A program made the position numbers and the translations under genes. The notes beneath the pieces are model-generated. The model searched no databases. It saw only the letters and a program-made list of their open reading frames with translations, and had not been told where the DNA came from. From an uncultured Actinomycetota bacterium (GTDB lineage: Bacteria; Actinomycetota; Actinomycetes; Propionibacteriales; Propionibacteriaceae), in assembly GCA_963815905.1 (NCBI GenBank), contig CAWFIO010000005.1, positions 14,949 through 78,948 on the forward strand: DNA of 64,000 nucleotides. The letters run 5' to 3'. Positions 36,058 to 46,335 of this stretch are shown in pieces (position 1 is the stretch's first letter; the number at the start of each line of letters is the position of its first letter).

Positions 36058-38382
36058 CCGAACCGGCACCGACGACGCCGCAGACCGAGGTCGCCCCCGT
36101 CGTTCCCGGCGCCCCGGTGGTCAAGCAGACCGAGCGTCCGCACCCGGCTACCCCGTTCATCCGCGGCTGGCTGGTCTTCGTCGCCATCATCTTCGCCTGG
36201 GGACGCGAGCTGATCCCCGACGGTGAGGGCGACAGCTTCGACTCCGGCGATCTGCGCTGGATCCTGCCGATCGTCGGCGCGATGATCCTCGCGGCCGCGG
36301 CGATCGGCTTCATGACCTGGTATTTCACCCGGTTCGTCATCGACGACGACGAGCTGCGGATCGAGACCGGGGCGATCTTCAAGAACTCCAAGAAGATCCC
36401 CTTCGAACGCCTCCAGTCGGTCGACATCATCCAGCCGCTCGCCGCCCGGATGTTCGGTCTGGCCGAGCTTCGACTCGAAGCCGGCGCCGGTGACAGCACC
36501 ACCAAGCTCCGCTACCTCAACCGGGCCAAGGCCAGTCGACTCCGCGACTATCTGCTGACCCGGGCCCACGGACAGCGCGCGTCGATCAGCGACACCCACA
36601 ACTCGGCCGCGGCCAGCGCTTTCACCGACCTCGGCACGCAGGACCGTCCGCTCGCCATCATCCCGGCGCAGCGCCTGGTCGTCGGATTCCTGCTGTCGGC
36701 GGAGTGGCTGTTCCCGCTGCTGTTCACCATCGCTGCGATCATCTTGTTGGTCGTGTTCGACGTCGGACTGGCCGCGTTGGGCGGATTCATCCCGATCGTC
36801 ATCGGCGGGTTCTCGCTGGTCAGCAAACGGGTGATCTCGATGTTCAACTTCACGTTGGCCGAGTCCCCCCGCGGTCTCCGGGTCACCCGAGGACTCACCA
36901 ACCTGACCAGCCAGTCGGTGCCCATCGACCGGATCCAGGGCGTGAAGATCAGCCAGTCGCTGCTGTGGCGGCGGGTCGGCTATTACCGCGTCGACGTCGA
37001 TGTCGTCGGCTACGGCCGGTCCAGCGGCGAGAACAATGACTCGTCGGCGACCAGCGTGCTCCTCCCCGTGGCCACCGCCGACGAGACCGCGCTCGCGCTC
37101 AGCCGCGTACTCCCCGGATTCGACATCGACGCGGTCGAGTTGCACCCGTCGCCGCGTCGCGCTCGCTGGGTGCGCTGGTTCGACTTCTGGACCCTGCGCT
37201 ACGGCTGGGACGAGCGCATGATCGTCACCCAGAAGGGGTGGATGACCCGCGTACGCAGCATCGTCCCGCACGCCAAGACCCAGTCGGTGCGGATCACCCA
37301 GGGACCGTTGCAGCGCAAGCTCCATCTGGCCGACGTCCACATCGACACCCCCAAGGGCCCGGTCAATGCGATCGCCGAGGAACTCGACGTCACCGTGGCC
37401 CGCGAACTGGCCATGAGTCAGCTCGACCGGGCCCGGTCGGCTCGAGAGGTGGCCCGCCAGCTGCGGGTAGCTCAGCCGGCCGAGGACGACGCGGCCCTGA
37501 TCGCCGAGCTCGGCAGCGACCGCGACCGCCTGCTCGGTTCAGGTGGCGAGTGTGAGGTGTTCGCGCTCGACGAGCAGCGAGTTCTGCGGCTCTATCGGGG
37601 CCGACACGAGGCGCCGCGACGGACGGCCGACCAGCTGCAGAGCCTCTACCGGTTCTGGCAGTACGCCGATGTGGGCATCGAGATCCCGTTCACCTTCGAG
37701 GTCGGCGAGCGGGGCGACCGGACGTACACGATCGACCGGTTGATGTCGGGCCGGAACTTCTCCGACTGGCTCGCCGAGGCCGATCTGGAAGCCCGCCGCC
37801 GCGCCCTGCTCTCCTATCTCGATGCCGGCGAACGGATCCAGCGACTGCCGAGTCCATTCGCCGGGCTTCGCCCGGTTGGTCGGCGACGGCGCACCGCAGC
37901 AGTTCGGATCACTGGCCGAGCTGATGGCGGCCATGCTGGGCCGCCCCACCGAGGAGAGTCGCGAGCAGCTCGAACGCGATGTGCCCGACGTCGCCGGGGT
38001 CTGGCAGCGGTTGTTCGCCGATCTGAGCGCTCGCCAGGTCACCCCGGTCGTCGTCCACGGCGACGTGTGCCCGCCCAACGCCTTCATCAGCATGGGACCC
38101 CACGGACCGGTGGTCAGCGGGATCGGCGACTTCAGCCCGCACACCGTCCAGGGCGATCCGATGATGGATCTGACCTGCATGGTCGCCTTCCTCGAGCTCG
38201 AGTCGTACGCGGGAGCGGCCGACGACGCCGCCTGGCTGCTCGGCGTGGTCGTGCGACGACACGGCCCGCAGGCCGCGCACTGGATCGGGGTCTACCGCCG
38301 CTTCTACGGGTTCTACTTCTCGAACGCGTACACCTTCGACCCGGTCCTCTACGCGTGGTGCCTGCGCCAGCTCGGAAGCTGA
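36054..38382 (+). CDS. YdbT-like multi-bPH_2 membrane protein fused to an APH/choline-kinase-like phosphotransferase; +1 frameshift near 37865
   Basis: YdbT motifs IPFERLQSVDI, VPIDRIQGV, VPHAKTQSV; then in the same frame GSGGECEVF..VLRLY; after the shift HGDVCPPN and IGDFS (ORF 37822-38382). Confidence 0.82.
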
Positions 38383-38384
38383 TT

Positions 38385-38828
38385 TCAGCGCTTGCCCGCC
38401 CAGTCGACCAGGCGGTCGAGAGTGGCGTCGATCGAGCGACGGTTGCGCTTCTGGGCCCTCATCAGCTTGAGCACGATGGGGGCTCGCGAATGGGTCGGGT
38501 CGAACTGCTCGGTGACCTCGGTCGTGTCGGCGTCGATCGGCTCGAGCAGGTAGCGCCAGACGTGTCCGCCGAAGTGCCGCCAGGCGATCCGTCGGCCCTC
38601 CTCGAACTCGGTGACGTGGTTGAGGATCTTGTAAGGCGCGAGGAACTTCATCTGCATTCCGAACTTGGCCCCGACCGACAGCCGATCCGGGGTCCCCGGC
38701 TGCGTGCCCTGCACCGAACCCGATCCGTCGATCAGCGCGTGCTGCGCCGGAGTCGCCAGCAGTTCGAAGATGTCGGCCGCGGGCGCGGGGACCACGCGCG
38801 TGGCCTCGATGATGCCGGATGAGGTCAT
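38385..38828 (-). CDS. SRPBCC-family protein
   Basis: MTSSGIIEATRVVPAPAADIFELLA, IDGSGSV, EFEEGRRIAWRH. Confidence 0.85.
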   Translation of the reverse strand: MTSSGIIEATRVVPAPAADIFELLATPAQHALIDGSGSVQGTQPGTPDRLSVGAKFGMQMKFLAPYKILNHVTEFEEGRRIAWRHFGGHVWRYLLEPIDADTTEVTEQFDPTHSRAPIVLKLMRAQKRNRRSIDATLDRLVDWAGKR

Positions 38829-38879
38829 GACGAGGAGTCTGCCCGGACACCGCAAGCGTCGACCACTAGAGTTCCGGCC

Positions 38880-39680
38880 ATGACCGAATCGACGGGGATT
38901 GCCACGCCAGCCAAGCCTGTTCTCGGCATCGACATCGGGGGCTCCGGAATCAAGGGAGCCCCGGTCGATCTGAGCACGGGTGAGATGACCACCAAGCGGC
39001 TCAGAATCCCCACACCGAGCCAATCGACGCCGAAGAACGTGGCCGGCGTGGTCGGCGAGATCGTCGCCCACTTCGCCGACGCCATCGGCGACGGCCCGAT
39101 CGGGATCACCATCCCGGCCGTGGTCACGCACGGCAGGACGCGCTCGGCGGCCAACATCGACAAGTCGTGGATCGACTGCGAGGCCGAGAAGATCTTCGCG
39201 GACGCACTCGGCCGCGACGTCTTCCTGGTCAACGACGCCGACGCCGCCGGCGTGGCCGAGGTGCACTATGGCGCGGCCAAGGACCACCAGGGCCTCGTCG
39301 TTCTGACCACGCTCGGCACCGGCATCGGCACGGCGGTCGTGTACCGCGGCGTCCTGATCCCCAACTCCGAGCTCGGCCACATCGAGCTCGACGGCCACGA
39401 CGCCGAGACCAAGGCCGCCTCGAGCATCAAGGACAAGGAAGGCCTGTCCTACACCGACTGGGCCAAGCGCCTCCAGCGCTACTACACCCACCTCGAGGCC
39501 CTGCTCTGGCCCGACCTGATCGTGGTCGGAGGCGGCGTCAGCAAGGACGCCCACAAGTTCCTGCCCAAGCTCGAACTCAAGACCCCGATCATCCCCGCCA
39601 CGCTCCTCAACTCCGCCGGCATCGTCGGTGCCGCCTGGCTCGCCACCGAACGCCAGAGCCTCCCGCCCGAGCTCCTCTGA
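38880..39680 (+). CDS. ppgK: Polyphosphate glucokinase (ROK family)
   Basis: GIDIGGSGIKGAPVD, NDADAAG, TLGTGIG, NSELGH, GGGVSK. Confidence 0.93.
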   Translation: MTESTGIATPAKPVLGIDIGGSGIKGAPVDLSTGEMTTKRLRIPTPSQSTPKNVAGVVGEIVAHFADAIGDGPIGITIPAVVTHGRTRSAANIDKSWIDCEAEKIFADALGRDVFLVNDADAAGVAEVHYGAAKDHQGLVVLTTLGTGIGTAVVYRGVLIPNSELGHIELDGHDAETKAASSIKDKEGLSYTDWAKRLQRYYTHLEALLWPDLIVVGGGVSKDAHKFLPKLELKTPIIPATLLNSAGIVGAAWLATERQSLPPELL

Positions 39681-39811
39681 CGTTCGTCGCCCGTGGCGGA
39701 ACGCGGGAGAGAAGCGGAGGTGCGGACGGTTGTCCGCGGTACACCACCGCCAGCCACTACACGCGGCGGTCATGGTCAGACCACCGGACGCACCGGACTC
39801 GCGACGGAGGG

Positions 39812-41449
39812 TTACATGCGGTCGGGGGCTTCGATCCCGAGCATCTCCAAGCCTGACGCCAGGACCCGCTTGGTCGCGACGCACAGCGCGAGGCGGGTGT
39901 CGCGTACGGCGCCCTCGGACTTGAGCACCGGGCACTGCTCGTAGAAGGCCGAGAGCGCGCCGGCCAGGTCGTAGAGGTAGCCGCAGAGCTTGTGCGGCTG
40001 GAGGCTGACGGCCACCTCGTCGACGACCTCGCCGAAGCGGGTCAGGGTCAGCGCGAGGGTCTGCTCGGCCGGCTCGTCGAGCACGGTGACCTGGGTTTGC
40101 TCGCCGATGCCGTCCGCTTCGGCGCGACGCAGCACCTGGGCCATCCGGGCGTGGGCGTACTGCAGGTACGGCCCGGTGTTGCCGGCGGTCTGCACCATCC
40201 GGTCGACGTCGAAGACGTAGTCCTTGTTCAGGCTGTTCGACAGGTCGGCGTACTTGATCGCGGCCAGGGCGATCGGCCGCGCGGCGACCTCCTCGGCGGC
40301 GTCGAGCAGCGTGGTCAGGGTGACCGCGGTTCCCTCACGGGTGGAAAACTTCTTCCCGTCGGCCCCGAGTACCTGCCCGAAAGCGACGTGTTCGGCACTG
40401 ACCTCGGGCGGCAGGAAGCCGGCCTTGCGGGCCACCGCGAAGACCTGGTCGAAGTGGAAGGTCTGCGGGGTGCCGACCACATAGATCAGCCGGTTGGCCT
40501 TGAACTCGTTGACCCGACGGCGGATCGCGGCCAGATCGGTCGCCGCGTAGCCGAACCCGCCGTCACGCTTGCGGACGATCATCGGGGAGTTGAAGCCCTC
40601 GACGAAGACACAGAGTGCGCCGTCGTCGAGTACCGCGGTGCCGTCGGCCTCGAGATCGGACACCACCCCGGCCAGATCGGCGTTGTAGGTCGACTCACCG
40701 GCCAGGTCGTCATCGGTGAGCAGCACGTTCATCCGGGCGTACGCGGCGTCGAAGCCGGCGATCGACATCTCGACCAACTGCTGCCAGGTCGCCCGCGTCT
40801 CCTCGTCGCCCGACTGCAGCGCGACGACCCGGTTGCGGGCCCGATCGGCGAAGTCCTCGTCGGCCTTGAAGTGCGCGTTGGCCCGCAGGTAGAGCGCCTC
40901 GGCCGAGGCGAGATCGAGACGACGGACGTCGATCTCCTCGGTCAGGATCTGCTCGACCAGCATGCCGAACTGGGTGCCCCAGTCGCCGACGTGGTTCTGG
41001 GCGATGACCGTGTGGCCCAGCGCACGCAGGATCCGGTGGAAGCAGTCGCCGATCACGGTCGAGCGCAGGTGGCCGACGTGCATCTGCTTGGCTACATTCG
41101 GCGAGGAGTAGTCGATGACCACGACCTGCGGATCGGCCGACACGACGAGCCCGTTGTTCGGATCGGCCAGCAGCGTGGTGACCGCCTCGGCCAGCACCGT
41201 GGACTTGAGTCGGAAGTTGATGAAGCCGGGGCCGGCGATCTCCGGCGTCTCGCACAGGTCGTCGACCTGCAGCGCGGCCACGATGTCGGTGGCCACGTCG
41301 CGCGGCTTGCGACCCTCTGCCTTGGCCAGGCGCAGCGCCACGTTGGACTGGAAGTGTCCGAACTGGGGCTTGGTGGCCTGGCGGAGCTCGGGATCGATAC
41401 CGGTGACGGACTCGACGCGGGCGCTCAGTTGGGCGGGTAGTGACGACAC
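39812..41449 (-). CDS. argS: Arginine--tRNA ligase
   Basis: DYSSPNVAKQMHVGHLRST, GDWGTQFG, GNTGPYLQYAHAR, DALR-type C-terminus. Confidence 0.96.
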   Translation of the reverse strand: MSSLPAQLSARVESVTGIDPELRQATKPQFGHFQSNVALRLAKAEGRKPRDVATDIVAALQVDDLCETPEIAGPGFINFRLKSTVLAEAVTTLLADPNNGLVVSADPQVVVIDYSSPNVAKQMHVGHLRSTVIGDCFHRILRALGHTVIAQNHVGDWGTQFGMLVEQILTEEIDVRRLDLASAEALYLRANAHFKADEDFADRARNRVVALQSGDEETRATWQQLVEMSIAGFDAAYARMNVLLTDDDLAGESTYNADLAGVVSDLEADGTAVLDDGALCVFVEGFNSPMIVRKRDGGFGYAATDLAAIRRRVNEFKANRLIYVVGTPQTFHFDQVFAVARKAGFLPPEVSAEHVAFGQVLGADGKKFSTREGTAVTLTTLLDAAEEVAARPIALAAIKYADLSNSLNKDYVFDVDRMVQTAGNTGPYLQYAHARMAQVLRRAEADGIGEQTQVTVLDEPAEQTLALTLTRFGEVVDEVAVSLQPHKLCGYLYDLAGALSAFYEQCPVLKSEGAVRDTRLALCVATKRVLASGLEMLGIEAPDRM

Positions 41450-41542
41450 GAAACACCATTATTTCACCGCTGCGACCGCCCACCGACCAGGTCGACCCAG
41501 GGTGAGGCGCGAGGTCCGGGCGGGCGTGACCAGAATGGCCGG

Positions 41543-43387
41543 ATGCACTCTCGTCAGCCGTTCCTGCACGATCTCGTGGTCCAGGTCGCCGCACCGACCC
41601 AGGCACTCACCACCCCCGCCGGCGGGATCGGCCGGCCGGCGGGTCGGCCCAGCGTCGAGGGCGTCTTCCACGGCGACGTCCGGGTGCTGAGTCATCTGGC
41701 GATCCGGGTGGACGGTGAGCCGGGCGAGCCGATCGCGCATCGGGTCAGCGGGAACCAGGCCGCGTACACCACCCTGCACCGTCAGGTCGGCGCGGATCTC
41801 GTTTCGACACCGGACCCCGCGGTGCGGCTCGACCAGGTGCGGACCGTCACCGCTGGCACGGTCCACGAGGACCTGGTGGTCAGCTCGACGCTGGACACGG
41901 CGGTGATCCTCAGGCTCGAGGTGGTGTTCGGCAGCGATCTCGCCGAGCTCTCCGTCTTGCGCGAGGGGCGACTGTGCGAGCCGGTCACCATCGACCCCGC
42001 CGGCTGGGGCGACCAGGTCCGCGTCACGCTCGAGGCGGCCGCAGCGACCTGGACCCACGAGGGTGCGTACGCGGTGGCCGGCTGGGTCCTCGAGGTCCCG
42101 GCCCGCGGGACGGCCACGGTGAACTGGCGGCTGTCGATCGCCGACCCGGGCGCCGAGGTGATCGCTGCGCCGGGTCGCGGAGCCCGCCCCGTCGTACGCG
42201 GTGATCACCGGTTGGTCGCCTGGCTGGATCGCGCCCTCGATGACCTGGACGGGTTGCGGATGGCGACCGCCGGCCACCCGGACGACGTCTTCTTCGCCGC
42301 CGGATCGCCCTGGTATCTCACGCTGTTCGGCCGCGACAGCCTGTGGGCCGCGCGGATGGTGCTGCCGATCGATCCGGCGCCGGCCCTGGGCACCCTGCGG
42401 ACCTTGGCGCGGCTGCAGGGCATCCAGCACGACGTCGACACGGCCGAGGAGCCCGGCAAGATCCTGCACGAGGTACGCCGCTCGGCGTTTTCGCTCGGCG
42501 CGATGGTGCTCCCGCCGCTCTACTACGGCACGGTCGACGCCACCCCGTTGTGGATCTGCCTACTCCACGATGCCTGGCGCGCCGGGCTCGCCGAAGCGGA
42601 CCTGCGCGAGCTCGCTCCCGCGCTCGAGGCGGCGCTCGGCTGGCTGCTGACCGCCGGCGGAGACGACGGGTTCCTGTCCTACCGCGATGCGAGCGGCCGC
42701 GGTCTGTCGAACCAGGGCTGGAAGGACTCGGGGGACAGCATCCGTTTCGCCGACGGTACCCAGGCGGAGGGGCCGGTCGCCTTGTCCGAGGTCCAGGGGT
42801 ACGCGTACGAGGCCGCCATCAGCGGGGCCACGCTGCTCGACCACCTCGACCGGCCCGGCGGGGACCGTCTTCGGGGCTGGGCCGATGCCCTGCGCGCGCG
42901 GTTCCGCGACCGGTTCTGGTGCACGGTCGGCGACCATCGGTTCCCGGCGCTGGCCCTCGACGGGCACGGCCGCCCGGTCGACGCCCTGACCAGCAACATC
43001 GGCCATCTGCTCGGCACCGGGCTGCTCGACGCCGACGAGGAACGGATCGTCGCCGGTCTCGTTTCGGGTTCCGATCTCGATTCGGGGCTTGGGCTGCGGA
43101 CCATGGCCGCCTCCTCCGGTGGGTACGCACCGCTCAGCTACCACTGTGGCTCGGTGTGGCCGCACGACACGGCGATCGTCATCGCCGGCCTGGTCCGGGC
43201 CGGGCTGACCGAGTACGCCGGCGGTCTGGTCGAGGGGCTGCTGGCCGCGTCGGTCGCGTTCGGCCAGCAGGTCCCCGAGCTGTGGAGCGGTGAGGGTCGA
43301 CCGGTCCCCTACCCCGCCGCATGCAAACCGCAGGCCTGGTCGGCCGCCGCGGCCGTGGTCGTTGCCGAGGCGCTGGGCGTCTGGTGA
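41543..43387 (+). CDS. Amylo-alpha-1,6-glucosidase / glycogen debranching (GDE_N + GDE_C) protein
   Basis: AGSPWYLTLFGRDSL, EEPGKILHE, YYGTVDATPL, NQGWKDSGD, YHCGSVWPHD. Confidence 0.92.
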   Translation: MHSRQPFLHDLVVQVAAPTQALTTPAGGIGRPAGRPSVEGVFHGDVRVLSHLAIRVDGEPGEPIAHRVSGNQAAYTTLHRQVGADLVSTPDPAVRLDQVRTVTAGTVHEDLVVSSTLDTAVILRLEVVFGSDLAELSVLREGRLCEPVTIDPAGWGDQVRVTLEAAAATWTHEGAYAVAGWVLEVPARGTATVNWRLSIADPGAEVIAAPGRGARPVVRGDHRLVAWLDRALDDLDGLRMATAGHPDDVFFAAGSPWYLTLFGRDSLWAARMVLPIDPAPALGTLRTLARLQGIQHDVDTAEEPGKILHEVRRSAFSLGAMVLPPLYYGTVDATPLWICLLHDAWRAGLAEADLRELAPALEAALGWLLTAGGDDGFLSYRDASGRGLSNQGWKDSGDSIRFADGTQAEGPVALSEVQGYAYEAAISGATLLDHLDRPGGDRLRGWADALRARFRDRFWCTVGDHRFPALALDGHGRPVDALTSNIGHLLGTGLLDADEERIVAGLVSGSDLDSGLGLRTMAASSGGYAPLSYHCGSVWPHDTAIVIAGLVRAGLTEYAGGLVEGLLAASVAFGQQVPELWSGEGRPVPYPAACKPQAWSAAAAVVVAEALGVW

Positions 43388-43421
43388 ACCCCTGGGGCGC
43401 GCCCGGCTGGGTCGATCGCGG

Positions 43422-44210
43422 TCAGCCGGCGGGCTGACACCTCGGACACCAGTAGCTCCGGCGCTCCTGACCCACCGGCCCGAACTCCTCTGTGAGGATC
43501 GTGGTCCCGCAGCGCCGGCACGGTTGGTTGTTCCGCTCGAAGACGTAGGTGCGCTTGCCGTTTCGGAGATCGCCGGTGGTGGTCTGGTCGACCCGCCAGC
43601 GGTTGGCGTGCAGCAGGGCCTTGGCTCGTTTGAGCACCCTCGCCAGGTCGGGCACGTCGGCGACCGGCGTACGCGGGTGCAAGCCCTGGAGGAAGCACAG
43701 CTCGGACCGCCACAGCGTCCCGAGTCCGGCCAGGTTCCGCTGATCGAGCAGCGCCTCCCCGATGGACCGCGACGGGTCGGAGCGCAGTCGGCGCAGCGCC
43801 TCGTCGATGTCCCAGTCGGGGCCGAGCAGATCGGGTCCGATATGGCCGACCACGTCGGACTCGTCCGCGGTCGGGATCAGCTCGGTGACCGGCAGTCGGT
43901 AGCCGACGCAATCGTGCTCGGCGGTCGACAGCACCACCCGGATCTGCCAGTCCGGGCCGCCGGACCACGGCTGACCGTGCGGATAGATCCGGTAGGTGCC
44001 CTCCATCCGGAAGTGGGTGTGCAGGGTGTATCCATCGGCGAATCGAAACAGCTGGTGTTTGCCGCGCGAGACCACCTCGTTGACCGCCACCCCGGTGAGG
44101 TCGGTGGTGGCCAGAGACGGGATCCGGAACTCACAGCGCGTGAGGACGCGACCGGCCAGCACCTGATTCAGTCGCTGACAGGCCCGCCAGACGGTGTCAC
44201 CCTCCGGCAT
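43422..44210 (-). CDS. nei: Fpg/Nei-family DNA glycosylase/AP lyase (actinobacterial Nei2-type)
   Basis: N-terminal MPEGD, RGKH, HFRMEG, H2TH LLDQRNLAGLG, Zn finger CRRCG...CPRCQ. Confidence 0.92.
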   Translation of the reverse strand: MPEGDTVWRACQRLNQVLAGRVLTRCEFRIPSLATTDLTGVAVNEVVSRGKHQLFRFADGYTLHTHFRMEGTYRIYPHGQPWSGGPDWQIRVVLSTAEHDCVGYRLPVTELIPTADESDVVGHIGPDLLGPDWDIDEALRRLRSDPSRSIGEALLDQRNLAGLGTLWRSELCFLQGLHPRTPVADVPDLARVLKRAKALLHANRWRVDQTTTGDLRNGKRTYVFERNNQPCRRCGTTILTEEFGPVGQERRSYWCPRCQPAG

Positions 44211-45309
44211 GACCGCCCTCCGCTGAGGCGTTCCCGGGGTCGCCGATGGACAGCGCGTAGAACCGGAAGAAGCCGAAATTCTCGATCGGCAGGATCCGCG
44301 TCTCCGCGAAGCCGGCATCGCGGGCGTAGCCGGCCAGGGTCGCCGGTCGCATCACCGTGCCGGTCCCGACCGAGGGGGTCGAGGACAGACCGTCGGGCAG
44401 GCAGACGAACAGGCTGAACCCGTACATCAGTTGCTCGACCTCATCGCCGGCGCCGTCGAACGCCTCGGCGACCGCCTCATCCATCACCACGACGATGCCG
44501 TCGGCGGCCAGACCGTCACGCACCGAGCGGAGCACGGCGACCGGCTGGGGCATGTCGTGCAGACACTCGAAGAAGAAGGCCACCTCGTACGCCTCGCCCG
44601 CAGCCGGCGCATCCGGAGCGACCCGCTGGAACTCCACCCGCTCAGCCAGGTCATCGGCCAGGTGCGAGCGCGCCGCGTCGATCGACGGGCCGTCGATGTC
44701 GACACCGCGTACGCGGGACTGCGGGTACGCCATCGCCAACGCCTGGGTCGACCATCCCGCACCGCAGCCGACATCGAGGATCCGCAGACCGGGTGTGCTC
44801 AGTCGGGTGTGCAGATCGGGGTCGGAGCGCAAGGCTCCGGCCAGACCGTGAAGGAACCACGGTCGGTTCATGTCGGCCTGGCTCTCCCGGGCGTCGTCAC
44901 CGAACTGGTCCCAGCTCACCCCGGTGCCCTGACGGTAGGCCGCCAGCAGCGGATCCATCTGCCGGGCCGACCCCGTGATCATCCGGGCCAGGGGAGCCAG
45001 GTAGGACAGACTCTCGGGATCGGTGAGCACCTCCGCGGCCCCGGGCGGCAGCGCGAAGACGTGCCGGACGCCGTCTCGGCGCTCGCTGGCGATCAGCCCG
45101 ATCGTCGCCTGCTGTTCGAGCCACTCACGGGCATACCGCGGGTCGGTGCCCGTCCGCCGGGCCAGCTCCTCAGGCCCGGTCGGTCCGTGCTCGGCCAGTG
45201 AGCGATACCACCCGAGCCGGTCGCCGACGTAGATGCTGAGCACCTCGAGGGCGCCGAGAGCGGAGGCGAAGACCCGCTCGGCGACGGCCTCGGCGGTCGG
45301 CTCGGTCAT
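44197..45309 (-). CDS. Class I SAM-dependent methyltransferase with N-terminal wHTH
   Basis: RYAREWL, ILDVGCGAG, FFECLHDM, SVGTGTVMR. Confidence 0.88.
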   Translation of the reverse strand: MTEPTAEAVAERVFASALGALEVLSIYVGDRLGWYRSLAEHGPTGPEELARRTGTDPRYAREWLEQQATIGLIASERRDGVRHVFALPPGAAEVLTDPESLSYLAPLARMITGSARQMDPLLAAYRQGTGVSWDQFGDDARESQADMNRPWFLHGLAGALRSDPDLHTRLSTPGLRILDVGCGAGWSTQALAMAYPQSRVRGVDIDGPSIDAARSHLADDLAERVEFQRVAPDAPAAGEAYEVAFFFECLHDMPQPVAVLRSVRDGLAADGIVVVMDEAVAEAFDGAGDEVEQLMYGFSLFVCLPDGLSSTPSVGTGTVMRPATLAGYARDAGFAETRILPIENFGFFRFYALSIGDPGNASAEGGHAGG

Positions 45310-46262
45310 GGCGCAGCCCGACCGCGCGACGTCAGCAGCTCGGCTTTCACGTCTTTAGCTCTATCACCGCCGTCACTGAGCTGGAGAGCGCCCTTGGCCC
45401 GGATCAACACACTGGCCCAGGTGCGAAAGGGTCGCCACCGCTCGGCGAGCTCGGTCAACTCCGCCGTGCTCAGCTCGTGGTCGACGCCGTAGAGCTCCTG
45501 CGCCGCCGCGCGAAAATGTCCTTCCTCGACCGCGAGCACATCGGTGTGGCCGAGCGCGCGGATGACGATCAACGCGCTGTAGAACGGCCCGATGCCCGGT
45601 AGCTGCTGGAGATCGGCCCGGGCCGCATCCGGCTCCATCCCCCGCAGCTTCGCGGCGGCGAGCCGGCCCTGCTGAGCAGCCTCGGCAATCGCCCGCAACC
45701 GCGGGATCCGGTCGGCGGGCAGCCCGGGCAACGCCTCGATCTCGAGGAACCGTCGGGGCGTCGGGAGGGCGTACGTCCGCTCCCCCGCCACCTCGAAGGT
45801 CGCGCCGCACTGCGCCGACAGTCGGGTGCGCAGCGCGATGCCCTGGGGTCGGGCCCGGCGGGCGCTGATGATCGACCACGCCGCGGCCTCGTACGGCGAG
45901 TAGAAGTTGGCCGGGCGGAACCCCGGCGCAGCCGCGTGGATCCGGGCCAGCACCGGGTCGGCTTCGCAGACCCGTGCGAACGCGGTCCCGTCCCCGTCGA
46001 GGGAGAGGACCCGCGCGACCTGGGCCCGAGCAGTGGTGACCTCGTCGTCGCTCAACGGGGGTCCGATCGTCTGCAGCTCGAGCTCCACCCGATCGCCGAC
46101 CTGCCGGGCGGCCACGCCGATCTGCCGCTCGTAGTCCCCGTCGAGACAGAACGCCATCCGCATCACACCGTCGAAGCTGCGCTCGTCGCGGTGTCCGAAA
46201 CCCATCGTGGCTATCTCACCCAGGTCGTACGGACCGGTGATGTCGAGGCTCGTCGTCGTCAT
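45306..46262 (-). CDS. AlkA-type (HhH-GPD) DNA-3-methyladenine glycosylase
   Basis: SPYEAAAWSII, HhH motif LQQLPGIGPFYS, WRPFRTW. Confidence 0.85.
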   Translation of the reverse strand: MTTTSLDITGPYDLGEIATMGFGHRDERSFDGVMRMAFCLDGDYERQIGVAARQVGDRVELELQTIGPPLSDDEVTTARAQVARVLSLDGDGTAFARVCEADPVLARIHAAAPGFRPANFYSPYEAAAWSIISARRARPQGIALRTRLSAQCGATFEVAGERTYALPTPRRFLEIEALPGLPADRIPRLRAIAEAAQQGRLAAAKLRGMEPDAARADLQQLPGIGPFYSALIVIRALGHTDVLAVEEGHFRAAAQELYGVDHELSTAELTELAERWRPFRTWASVLIRAKGALQLSDGGDRAKDVKAELLTSRGRAAP

Positions 46263-46335
46263 GACCGACAGCATCCGGCCGAGCACTGACAGTTTCCCGG
46301 GTCCGATCGAGCCGACCTGCGATTAGGGTTGAGCG

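Noticed and set aside
37860-38822. 922-aa ORF as annotated in the track
   Set aside because: After about 37865 it is out-of-frame nonsense overlapping the antisense SRPBCC gene; the kinase continues in the +1 frame to 38382.
39812-41449. ArgRS with SSPNVAK/HVGH signature as a horizontally acquired oddity
   Set aside because: This ArgRS type is known in several actinobacterial lineages; without a phylogeny there is no evidence of transfer.
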